Shown here: positions 21,637 through 30,388 of the stretch, one piece after another
Numbering within the stretch: the first letter of the stretch is position 1
How the letters are laid out: every line of letters starts with the position of its first letter
Assembly (NCBI GenBank): GCA_964195275.1
Contig: CAXMPY010000001.1
Coordinates: forward strand, 1-45,455
Direction of reading: 5' to 3'
DNA length: 45,455 bases
Source of the DNA: an uncultured Rhodobacteraceae bacterium
GTDB lineage: Bacteria; Pseudomonadota; Alphaproteobacteria; Rhodobacterales; Rhodobacteraceae
Position numbers and translations under genes: made by a program
The notes under the pieces: generated by a model
The model's input: the letters and a program-made list of their open reading frames with translations, nothing else
Database searches by the model: none
Told to the model about the DNA's origin: nothing

Positions 21637-22416
21637 TTGAAAACTGTCGAGCCGCCAGTCATTGAAATCCGGGGTCTGCACAAGGCCTATGGATCCTTGG
21701 AAGTCTTAAAAGGCGTCGACCTAAGCGCGTCCCGTGGCCAGGTCATTTCGTTAATCGGAAGTTCTGGTTCTGGCAAATCAACGCTGTTGCGCTGTGCCAA
21801 TCTTTTGGAATTCAGCCAAGAAGGCGACATCAAATTTGAAGGTGAACCAATCGTTTGGCGCGGCCATGGTGCGGCGCGTCATCCGGCTGACAAGGCACAG
21901 GTTACACGGATCCGCACCAATTTATCGATGGTGTTTCAACAGTTTAACCTGTGGTCACATATGACGATTTTGCAAAATGTCTGCGAAGCACCGGTAACGG
22001 TATTGGGCCAGGATCGCGCAGAGGTTGCGACACGGGCGCAATCGTTGCTTGAAAAAGTTGGTATTGGCGAAAAATCCGATGTTTATCCGGCGCAGCTGTC
22101 GGGCGGCCAACAGCAACGGGCCGCCATTGCCCGGGCATTATGCATGCAACCAAGGGCGTTGCTGTTTGATGAACCCACCTCAGCGCTTGATCCTGAGCTT
22201 GAGCAAGAAGTGGTGAAGGTTATCAAAGACCTCGCCGCTGAAGGGCGCACAATGTTATTGGTCACCCATGACATGCGACTTGCCCGAGACGTTTCTAACC
22301 ACGTAATTTTTCTTCATTTGGGCAAGATCGAAGAGCAAGGCCCACCGGCCGACCTGTTCGGTAACCCCAAATCTGAAAGGCTGCAGAAATTTCTAAGCGC
22401 CGGCGTAGCCGCTTAA
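21637..22416 (+). CDS. Polar amino-acid/opine ABC transporter ATP-binding protein
   Basis: Walker [10 protein letters not shown], signature LSGGQQQR and Walker [12 protein letters not shown]; HisP/OccP-like. The only in-frame start candidates after the upstream TAA are CTG and TTG (21637). Confidence 0.85.
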   Translation: MKTVEPPVIEIRGLHKAYGSLEVLKGVDLSASRGQVISLIGSSGSGKSTLLRCANLLEFSQEGDIKFEGEPIVWRGHGAARHPADKAQVTRIRTNLSMVFQQFNLWSHMTILQNVCEAPVTVLGQDRAEVATRAQSLLEKVGIGEKSDVYPAQLSGGQQQRAAIARALCMQPRALLFDEPTSALDPELEQEVVKVIKDLAAEGRTMLLVTHDMRLARDVSNHVIFLHLGKIEEQGPPADLFGNPKSERLQKFLSAGVAA

Positions 22417-22444
22417 ACAAAAGTTTAACAAAGGGAGTAATACG

Positions 22445-23167
22445 ATGAAAAAACTAATCTTAGCGACAGCAGCATTGGCCATGACGGCCGGTTTTGCAAT
22501 GGCGCAGGACGTTGTCCGGATGGGGACCGAAGGGGCCTATCCTCCCTGGAATTTTGTCAATGATAGCGGCGAAATTGATGGTTTTGAGCGCGAACTTGGC
22601 GACGAGCTATGCACCCGCGCTGAATTAACTTGCGAGTGGGTTACAAACGATTGGGATTCTATCATCCCTAATCTTGTTTCCGGCAATTACGACACCATTA
22701 TCGCTGGTATGTCCGTAACGGATGAACGCGACGAAGTGATTGATTTTACCGAACAATACACGTTGCCAGACCCGTCTTCCTATTTGGCTGCCTCGGCTGA
22801 TGTCGATGTCGCCAACGGCGTTATCGCCGCCCAAACCGGTACAATTCAGGCCAGTTATGTGGCATCTTCCGGCGCTACTTTGGTTGAATTTGCAACACCG
22901 GACGAAACCATCGCGGCGGTGAAAAATGGCGAAGCAGATGCAGTGTTGGCCGACAACGCCTATTTGGCACCGATTGCCGATGAAGATGCCGATCTGGTGC
23001 TGCTGGATAAGGAGGTGTTGATCGGTGGTGGTGTTGGCATCGGCGTGCGTGAAAGCGACGGCGAATTGAAAGCCAAATTTGATACCGCTATCGCTTCTAT
23101 GAAAGCTGACGGAACATTGAACGAAATGATCGTTAAGTGGTTCGGCGACGATCTGGAAACGTTCTAA
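22445..23167 (+). CDS. Polar amino-acid/opine ABC transporter periplasmic substrate-binding protein
   Basis: 240-aa ORF with a signal peptide (MKKLILATAALAMTAGFAMA) and a HisJ/ArgT-family type 3 SBP pattern. Confidence 0.85.
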   Translation: MKKLILATAALAMTAGFAMAQDVVRMGTEGAYPPWNFVNDSGEIDGFERELGDELCTRAELTCEWVTNDWDSIIPNLVSGNYDTIIAGMSVTDERDEVIDFTEQYTLPDPSSYLAASADVDVANGVIAAQTGTIQASYVASSGATLVEFATPDETIAAVKNGEADAVLADNAYLAPIADEDADLVLLDKEVLIGGGVGIGVRESDGELKAKFDTAIASMKADGTLNEMIVKWFGDDLETF

Positions 23168-23224
23168 GTCACAATATCAGGGGGCGGGACCATAACTGGC
23201 CCTGCCCTTTAATTAGGGGCGGCG

Positions 23225-24106
23225 ATGTTCTCATTTTGCACCGATCCATCAGATCTTGCGCAATTCCAGTGGTTTTCCTGTTACCTGACCACGGGCAAAC
23301 ATCTGGCGTTTTACACGTCGTTTGGCACCATAATGTTGTTGCTGGTAATTACCGCACCGACGGCTTTGCTGTTTGGATTTGGCGGCGCGTCCGCTGCACG
23401 GTCGCAGTTCGCACCTCTGCGTTGGTTTGGTAAGGCCTATACATCAATTGTACGCGGTGTCCCGGATATTGCATTTTTTCTGTTCTTCGTCATAGCACTG
23501 GATCAGGCCTTTGAATGGATGCGTCACAAAGTTAAATGCCCGGATTGGCAGGACCCCATACGACAAGGCATTGATTTTGTCGTATGTCGCGACGCAAAAC
23601 TGCCGCTGTCCAGCTCGCCGCAATGGGTGCACGAAACCTATGGATTTTTACTGGCAGTTCTGACTTTTGCGATTGTTTTTGGGGCGTTTGCGGCCAACGT
23701 TATATACGGTGCAATGCGCGCGGTGCCAAAACCTCAGCTGGAAACAGCAGAGGCATATGGCATGAACAATCGGCAGGTTTTTTGGCGTGTCTTAGTGCCA
23801 CAAATGTGGGTTTTTGCGTTGCCCGGCCTGTCAAATTTATGGATGATCCTGATCAAAGCGACGCCACTTTTGTTCCTGCTTGGCGTGGAAGACATTGTAT
23901 ATTGGGCGCGCGAATTGGGTGGTTTGAAAACCAGTGTATTTACGTACCCCCATGCCGATTGGCGGCTTTGGTACTTTTTGGGGTTGCTGGTATTTTATCT
24001 GGGCCTAACCCACGTTTCCGAAACCATACTGGCACGTTTAACCCGGCGTTTGTCCCATGGCCAAGCCACGATCAGTGGTGAACAACAGCGCAAGGCCACC
24101 CCATGA
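23225..24106 (+). CDS. ABC transporter permease (HisQ/OccQ-like)
   Basis: 293-aa polytopic protein with the EAA-type loop (ETAEAYGMNNRQVFWRVLVP). Confidence 0.8.
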   Translation: MFSFCTDPSDLAQFQWFSCYLTTGKHLAFYTSFGTIMLLLVITAPTALLFGFGGASAARSQFAPLRWFGKAYTSIVRGVPDIAFFLFFVIALDQAFEWMRHKVKCPDWQDPIRQGIDFVVCRDAKLPLSSSPQWVHETYGFLLAVLTFAIVFGAFAANVIYGAMRAVPKPQLETAEAYGMNNRQVFWRVLVPQMWVFALPGLSNLWMILIKATPLLFLLGVEDIVYWARELGGLKTSVFTYPHADWRLWYFLGLLVFYLGLTHVSETILARLTRRLSHGQATISGEQQRKATP

Positions 24107-24942
24107 GTTGCTGGCAAACCATTCAAGATTACGGGTTACGGTCAATCGGGTTTGGTGAACGTTTGCTGCCAAAATCCGATTTTACATTATGTGAACAATT
24201 CACACTGATCGGGTCTGGCCTAATTTGGAATGTGTATTTTGGCGTCATAGCGCTTGGCATCGGGTTTTTTCTGGCGACAGCACTGGCCCTTGCCAAAAGC
24301 GCCGAAAACCCAGCCCTGCGCAAACCGGCAGAACTGTTTATCTTCTTGTTTCGAGGCTCTCCGCTTTTTATCCAATTTTTTCTGGCGTACGAAATTTTCG
24401 TTTTATTGCCTAAGGTCGGTGTCGATATCCCGCTTGGCTTTACCGAGATTACGGTCGAAACCCGGTGGCTGACAAAGGCCTGGTTGGGGGCCATTATTGT
24501 ACTGTTCCTGAATACGTCGGCTTACACTGGCGAAATATTTTATGGCGCGTTGCGGTCAGTGCCAAAGGGCGATGTCGAAGCGGCCGATGCCTATGGCCTG
24601 ACCGGCTGGGCGCGTTTCAAACGGGTCATCTGGCCGACAATGCTGCGGCTGGCGTGGCCCGCATACACCAACGAAGCGATTTTTTTGTTTCATGCTACAA
24701 CGCTGGTGTTTTTCTCTGGTTTCCCGGCGTGGCAGCAAAAGGGAGATGCGTTGTATTATGCAAATTATTTCGCCGACAAAACATTCAATCCGTTTGTGCC
24801 ATACCCGATTTTAGCGGGCTACTTTATCCTGCTGACGCTTAGTGTGATCGCTTTGTTTGGCGCGATAAACAACCGCCTGAACCGGCATTTGCCACAGGAT
24901 CGGCGGCCAAAATTGCGAATCCGCCCGCAAATCATCCGCTAA
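24103..24942 (+). CDS. ABC transporter permease (HisM/OccM-like)
   Basis: 279-aa polytopic protein with the EAA loop (EAADAYGLTGWARFKRVIWP). It overlaps the upstream permease by 4 nt. Confidence 0.8.
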   Translation: MSCWQTIQDYGLRSIGFGERLLPKSDFTLCEQFTLIGSGLIWNVYFGVIALGIGFFLATALALAKSAENPALRKPAELFIFLFRGSPLFIQFFLAYEIFVLLPKVGVDIPLGFTEITVETRWLTKAWLGAIIVLFLNTSAYTGEIFYGALRSVPKGDVEAADAYGLTGWARFKRVIWPTMLRLAWPAYTNEAIFLFHATTLVFFSGFPAWQQKGDALYYANYFADKTFNPFVPYPILAGYFILLTLSVIALFGAINNRLNRHLPQDRRPKLRIRPQIIR

Positions 24943-25041
24943 AATCCGCCGAAAACAGACTATTCTCTATAAATCTTCTCGCCAAACTATTGTTTAATCT
25001 TTACAGTTTTTCCGAAAGAGCAGTTCGGAAAAGGTGAAAAG

Positions 25042-26235
25042 ATGCCACAGGCACCAAACGTATATGATGCGGAACCAATTCCCGAAGCCGCGCGCAGCGA
25101 AATCGACCGACTGCTAAAATCCGGCGATCTATTCCGCTACACCTGTGCAGACGCGTCACCTGTCGCCCTGCTGGAAAGCGAATTTGCGGAATTGTTGGGT
25201 GCGAAATACGCCTTGGCGGTGTCGTCTTGTTCGGCCGCCCTGTTCCTGTCGCTCAAGGCGCTGGATTTGCCACGCGACGCCCGCGTGCTGATCCCGGCAT
25301 TTACATTTGCCGCCGTACCTTCGTCGATTGTGCACGCTGATTGTGTGCCGGTCCTGGTTGAGGTCGGCGAAAACTACCGTATTGATATGGATAATTTTGC
25401 TGCCAAGCTGGATGACAGTATTTCGGCCATTCTGATCAGTCATATGCGTGGCCATACATCTGATATGGATGCGATCATTGCGCTGGCAGATGCCCGTGGT
25501 ATTCCGGTGATCGAAGACGCAGCCCATTCGCTTGGTACCAAATGGCATGGGCGCAATATCGGAACCATCGGCAAAATTGGCTGCTTTTCGTTTCAATCTT
25601 ACAAACTGATCAACGCAGGCGAAGGCGGTATTCTGATAACCGATGACGCCGAACTGGCTGCGCGTGCTGTCATCATGTCGGGCGCTTACGAAACCAACTG
25701 GAAAAAGCACGCCGTGTTGCAGGGCGCATTTGCCTGCTGGCAGAACCAGCTACCACTTTACAATACGCGTTTGTCAAACCTGTCAGCGGCCGTCATTCGC
25801 CCGCAGCTGGACCAAGTGGCGCGCCGGGTTTCAGACGGGCGACGAAATCACGACTATGTGGCCAATATCTTGAAAAACTCGCCGTGGATATCTGTGCCCA
25901 AAGCACTGGAACCAGAAGAACGCGCCCCGGATTCAATACAGTTCAATCTGGTTGGCATGAACGATGCTGAAACTGCCCAGTTTGCGGACGCTGCCAATCA
26001 GAATGGCATAAAAGTTCAAGTATTCGGGATGACCGAAAACAATGCCCGAGCATTTTGGAACTGGAAATTTTTAGGCCCCACACCAGACCTGCCGAAAACC
26101 AGGGCAATGTTGATGCGGGCCTGCGATATCCGGTTACCTGCTCGGCTAAAGCGGGCCGAGTTGGACTTTATTGCCAACGCGTTAACCACTGCTGCAAGTC
26201 AGGTAATGGGGCAAGAACTGGCGTTTGGTACTTAA
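25042..26235 (+). CDS. DegT/DnrJ/EryC1/StrS-family PLP-dependent aminotransferase
   Basis: 397-aa ORF with an aspartate-aminotransferase fold and the family-typical CFSFQSYKLI lysine region. Confidence 0.75.
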   Translation: MPQAPNVYDAEPIPEAARSEIDRLLKSGDLFRYTCADASPVALLESEFAELLGAKYALAVSSCSAALFLSLKALDLPRDARVLIPAFTFAAVPSSIVHADCVPVLVEVGENYRIDMDNFAAKLDDSISAILISHMRGHTSDMDAIIALADARGIPVIEDAAHSLGTKWHGRNIGTIGKIGCFSFQSYKLINAGEGGILITDDAELAARAVIMSGAYETNWKKHAVLQGAFACWQNQLPLYNTRLSNLSAAVIRPQLDQVARRVSDGRRNHDYVANILKNSPWISVPKALEPEERAPDSIQFNLVGMNDAETAQFADAANQNGIKVQVFGMTENNARAFWNWKFLGPTPDLPKTRAMLMRACDIRLPARLKRAELDFIANALTTAASQVMGQELAFGT

Positions 26236-27194
26236 ATTACGCGTAATTCGTCCTGTAACCACGGCAACCGTGCAATTTGCGGGGTCACAACGTGGTCCTG
26301 CAATAAGACGCGTAATTTGTCGGCTATATTCGCCGGCATCTCGCCCAGAATTTCACGTCGGGCAAAGGCCGATATGCTGCGCGACAAGGGCGCGAACGGC
26401 AGCGGAAAAACATCCACCGCGTCGCTAAACCTTTTTGCATGGGTCACGCCCAAAGTCGTTAGGATTGTCCAGCCAGCGCCATTGGCCACCATCGCCAAAA
26501 TTGCATGATAGCTATCAAGTTCGAACCGGTGTGCCAGTGTTAGATTCTGTCGCACCAAGTAATCTGCAACAACCCGGCCCATGTGATGGCGCGACGTGTA
26601 TTGGATCAGGGGCATTTCCAACAAACCGGCACCGGTGTTGGTTGCTGAAATCGTGCCTTTTGGGGCTACGGCCACAAAGGGTTCTTCCATTAGCGGAAAC
26701 ACCTCCATCCAGTCCGCTGCAACCCGCATATCGGCCGCAACAACCATATCAAGCGCGCGGGTCTCAAGCTGATCAAACAACCGATGGCTGGCCCCTGTTT
26801 CAAGTAGAAACTGCGTGCTCGCCATTTCGTCCGCCAATTCACCCAACAACAACGGCGTAACACTGCTGTCAAAATCCTCGATCATGCCAAGGCGCAAGTG
26901 CGGCAATACTTTATGATCCACCCGGGCAAGCTCAGCGCGGGCCAGCGCGGCCTCGTTTAATATATTTTGGGCGCGGGCCCGAAATGCTTCGCCAGCCGGC
27001 GTCATGGTTACCGGACGTTCGCGTCGATTAAGCAGAACCGCCCCAAGGGCCGCTTCCAGATTTGAAAGTTGCTGGCTGATCGAAGACGGACTGGCGCCCA
27101 AACGGCGCGCCGCAGCCGAAATTGACCGTTCCTGCGCAGTTGCGACAAAAACTTCGATGCCCCAAAGCGTGATTTTCTTCGGCGTGTCACCCAT
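26232..27194 (-). CDS. LysR-family transcriptional regulator
   Basis: 320-aa ORF with an N-terminal wHTH (FVATAQERSISAAARRLGASPSSISQQLSNLE) and a LysR substrate-binding domain. Confidence 0.9.
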   Translation of the reverse strand: MGDTPKKITLWGIEVFVATAQERSISAAARRLGASPSSISQQLSNLEAALGAVLLNRRERPVTMTPAGEAFRARAQNILNEAALARAELARVDHKVLPHLRLGMIEDFDSSVTPLLLGELADEMASTQFLLETGASHRLFDQLETRALDMVVAADMRVAADWMEVFPLMEEPFVAVAPKGTISATNTGAGLLEMPLIQYTSRHHMGRVVADYLVRQNLTLAHRFELDSYHAILAMVANGAGWTILTTLGVTHAKRFSDAVDVFPLPFAPLSRSISAFARREILGEMPANIADKLRVLLQDHVVTPQIARLPWLQDELRVI

Positions 27195-27243
27195 TGCCAG
27201 TCAACACCCAGTTATATCCAAGCCAGCTGTCAAAACCCCGAAA

Positions 27244-27795
27244 TCAGAGCCTTGATAATTTTGATTGCAGCTCTGCAAGTTGTTGTTTGATCCCATCCAG
27301 CTCATTTTCAGCGGACGCCTCGTCTTGGGGGGCTTCAGTTTCAGTGCTGTTTGGCCATCCACCCGTCAAACCGCCTGTCATGGCCTTCATAAATGCGGCC
27401 TGCTGCGCTTGCATTGCCTCAAATCCTGGCATTGACGCCATTGGCCCAGGCAGGTTTTCCATAACTTTTGACTGCCCATCACGCAGCATTTCAAATGACT
27501 TTGCCAAGAATTCAGGCACCACTGATTGTACATCGCTGGTATAGCCACGCACCAAATCAGTCAGCACCTCTAATGGCAAAACGCTTTCGCCACGGCTTTC
27601 GTGTTCAGCGATTATTTGTAATAGATATTGGCGCGTCAGGTCATCACCGCTTTTCAGGTCGATGATTTGAACATCGCGCCCGGCCCGAATAAACCCCGCA
27701 ATATCGTCTAATGTTACATAATCACTGGTTTCAGTGTTATATAGCCTGCGGCTTGCATAGCGCTTGATTAACAGTTTTGCAGAATTGTCGGCCAC
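27244..27795 (-). CDS. phaR: Polyhydroxyalkanoate synthesis repressor PhaR
   Basis: 183-aa ORF LIKRYASRRLYNTETSDYVTLDDIAGFIRAGRDVQIIDLKSGDDLTRQYLLQII..., the canonical PhaR N-terminus. GTG start at 27795 with a GGGGGA RBS. Confidence 0.92.
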   Translation of the reverse strand: MADNSAKLLIKRYASRRLYNTETSDYVTLDDIAGFIRAGRDVQIIDLKSGDDLTRQYLLQIIAEHESRGESVLPLEVLTDLVRGYTSDVQSVVPEFLAKSFEMLRDGQSKVMENLPGPMASMPGFEAMQAQQAAFMKAMTGGLTGGWPNSTETEAPQDEASAENELDGIKQQLAELQSKLSRL

Positions 27796-27843
27796 GGATA
27801 TCCCCCACTATTCGGCGTTGCAGCAAAGACTAGTGCAGTGCAG

Positions 27844-27877
27844 AAAAAAAAGAAAGGGCGGACCCACAGGCCCGCCT
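27844..27877 (-). terminator. Rho-independent terminator of phaP
   Basis: Stem GGCGG (27857-27861) / CCGCC (27872-27876). On the minus strand it is followed by a long T-tract (complement of 27844-27855 aaaaaaaagaaa). It lies about 50 nt after the phaP stop. Confidence 0.7.
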
Positions 27878-27924
27878 TAGTCAGTCACATCGGCGGGGAG
27901 AACGCCAATGATCCTGTAACAATC

Positions 27925-28371
27925 TTACTTACCAGCGGTAGCTTTTTTAGCGGCTGCTGTCACGTCTGCAGACGCTTTTTTAATTGCGGCTGTTGCATCT
28001 TCGCCAATGTCTTTGCCAGCAGCCATGACCAGTTCAACGGTGTCCATTTGAACTTTTTTGGCAATTTCCGCGAAAGCGGCCAGGTTTTCAGAGGCCAATT
28101 CTGCCTGAGCAGTTGCAAAATCATTTACCGATTTGCTGTAATCTGTAGGATCTTCTTTAACTTTTGTGACGTCGCCAGTGCGGGCAATGGTGTCTTTGGT
28201 CCATTTTGTCGAAATCTCGGTGGATTTCTTGGCGGCGTCAAGCGCAACCTTGGACAATTTTTCACCAAATGCGGCCTGTGCTTTGAAAGCATCGTTCAGG
28301 GCAGACATGTCAACCGGGAACGAACCCATCATGTCTTTCATGACAGAATTGAAATCTTGTGTCGTAGCCAT
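27925..28371 (-). CDS. phaP: Phasin (PHA granule-associated protein)
   Basis: Ala/Lys-rich helical protein of 148 aa (MATTQDFNSVMKDMMGSFPV...) between phaC and phaR. ATG 28371 is preceded by GAGGAG. Confidence 0.85.
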   Translation of the reverse strand: MATTQDFNSVMKDMMGSFPVDMSALNDAFKAQAAFGEKLSKVALDAAKKSTEISTKWTKDTIARTGDVTKVKEDPTDYSKSVNDFATAQAELASENLAAFAEIAKKVQMDTVELVMAAGKDIGEDATAAIKKASADVTAAAKKATAGK

Positions 28372-28434
28372 TTTTAAAACTCCTCGCGTTTGCGGGACCA
28401 TCCCGTAATTTCGCGTCTGAACTGTATATGACTT

Positions 28435-28474
28435 CTGCGGTGCGGCATTTCAAGTGTTTTATGCCGCACCGCAG
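28435..28474. promoter_or_regulatory. Perfect 14-bp inverted repeat in the phaC-phaP spacer (candidate PhaR operator and/or terminator hairpin)
   Basis: CTGCGGTGCGGCAT (28435-28448) and ATGCCGCACCGCAG (28461-28474) are exact reverse complements separated by 12 nt. The repeat lies 64-103 nt upstream of the phaP start and about 37 nt downstream of the phaC stop. Confidence 0.6.
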
Positions 28475-28510
28475 CATTTATTTTTTAATTGTTTTATTTC
28501 AATTACTTGG

Positions 28511-30292
28511 CTAGGCCACAACATAGGTACCGGGGGCGTCACACAGCACCGCGTGCGTTTTGCTGCCCGGTTTTCTTGCTGGAATTTGTTTGCCTGAACG
28601 TTTGGACAGCCATTTTCCCCAGCGCGGCCACCACGATCCTTCGTTAAAATCAGCGCTTTGCTGCCAATCGTCATGGGACAGCGCCAGATCGGGGTTGGTG
28701 TAATGTCCATATTTCTTTTTGCTTGGCGGATTTACGATCCCGGCCACATGGCCGCTTTCGGATAATATGAACGTTTTGTCGCGGGCACCCATTTGGGCAA
28801 CGCCATCATAGCTGGATTTCCAGGCCGCAATATGGTCGGTTTCACAGGCTATCGCGCAAAGGGGGATATTGACGTCCTTAATCGACAGGTCTTCGCCGAA
28901 TAACGGGTATTTGCCTTTGGCGAACAAATCATCCTGACAAAGGCCGCGCAAATATTCTACCGACATGGTGGCCGGCAGATTGGTGCCGTCGCCATTCCAA
29001 TACAGCAGATCAAAGGCAGGCGGGGCCTCGCCCATCATATAGCTGCGGATCGCGGGTTTATAAATCAGATCATTTGACCGCAGATAGCTGAATGTGCGCG
29101 ACATGAAAAACGAATGCAGCACGCCTTTTTCGGTGACTTCACGTTCAATACCGTCGACAAAATCATTATCCAAAAACACGCCTACCTCACCCTGATCAGA
29201 AAAATCAGTGAGGGTTGTAAAAAACGTGGCACTTGCCACCGAAGCGTCTTTTCGTTTTTTCATCAGCGACAAGGTCAACGCCAAAGTCGCGCCGGCGATG
29301 CAATACCCAACGGCATTGACCTTGGTTTCACCTGTAATCGCCTTGACCTGTTCAATCGCGGACAAGAACCCTTCTTCAACATAAGTCTCCATGCCAACAT
29401 CCGCATAACTGGCATCCGGATTGACCCAAGACACAACGAATAATGTAAAACCTTGATCGACAATCCACTTAATCAGGCTGTTTTTCTCTTTTAAATCAAG
29501 AATGTAGAACTTGTTAATCCACGGTGGAAAAATTACCAACGGCCGTTTGAACACGGTGTCGGTGGTCGGTGCATATTGAATAAGCTCAAACATGCGATTT
29601 CGAAAAACCACAGAACCTTTGGTGGTCGCCAGGTTTTCACCGACTTTGAACGCCCCCTTATCTGCCAGTGTCAGCACCAGTTCGCCGTCGTTCGCCTCGA
29701 TATCGCGCACCAGATTTTCCAGACCATCCACCAGGGACTGTCCTTCGGTTTCAACAGCGCGGGTCAGGGCTTCGGGGTTGGTGCCCAAAAAGTTGGCCGG
29801 GCTCATCATATTCAATATTTGGTCCGAAAAAAATTCGAGCCGTTTCTTATCTGCCGGTTCCAGACCATCAACGTTTTGCACCGCGCTGGAAATCGCTTCT
29901 GAGTTGAACAAGTATTGTTGTTTTACAAAATTAAAATACGGGTGCGTTGCCCACATTGGGTTGGAAAACCGGCTGTCTTTGGCTGTGCTATCTAATGGTG
30001 CTCCAAATTTACCTTCCGCCAACGATTCTTGCGCCTCGGCGTAGTGTTTCAGCGATTTCCCCCAGTACGATACTTGATGTTCAAGCAATTTAGCCGGGTT
30101 CGCCGCCATATCGGCCATGTAAACCGAAGCAGCTTTCATGAACAATTCTTGCCCCGGGGCCTGCAAACTTTGGTCAACTTCGGTTTTCTGCCCAAACGCC
30201 GCCATCAGGCGTTGCGACAGTGTCTCAATTTTCGCAAGATTGGTGTTCAATTGCGACAGGTCGGGCTTGCCTGTAGTTTCTTCAGTTGTCAT
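28511..30292 (-). CDS. phaC: Class I poly(R)-hydroxyalkanoic acid synthase
   Basis: 593-aa ORF with the lipase-box-like GYCIAG active-site motif and the overall PhaC class I pattern. Confidence 0.95.
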   Translation of the reverse strand: MTTEETTGKPDLSQLNTNLAKIETLSQRLMAAFGQKTEVDQSLQAPGQELFMKAASVYMADMAANPAKLLEHQVSYWGKSLKHYAEAQESLAEGKFGAPLDSTAKDSRFSNPMWATHPYFNFVKQQYLFNSEAISSAVQNVDGLEPADKKRLEFFSDQILNMMSPANFLGTNPEALTRAVETEGQSLVDGLENLVRDIEANDGELVLTLADKGAFKVGENLATTKGSVVFRNRMFELIQYAPTTDTVFKRPLVIFPPWINKFYILDLKEKNSLIKWIVDQGFTLFVVSWVNPDASYADVGMETYVEEGFLSAIEQVKAITGETKVNAVGYCIAGATLALTLSLMKKRKDASVASATFFTTLTDFSDQGEVGVFLDNDFVDGIEREVTEKGVLHSFFMSRTFSYLRSNDLIYKPAIRSYMMGEAPPAFDLLYWNGDGTNLPATMSVEYLRGLCQDDLFAKGKYPLFGEDLSIKDVNIPLCAIACETDHIAAWKSSYDGVAQMGARDKTFILSESGHVAGIVNPPSKKKYGHYTNPDLALSHDDWQQSADFNEGSWWPRWGKWLSKRSGKQIPARKPGSKTHAVLCDAPGTYVVA

Positions 30293-30388
30293 AGGCCAGT
30301 GTCCACATTAGATTGTGCAGTTGCAGCATAACGTCACCTGGCCCGGGGGGAAAGGGTGATGCGCTGTTTTGAATGTAAAGGACGACTC

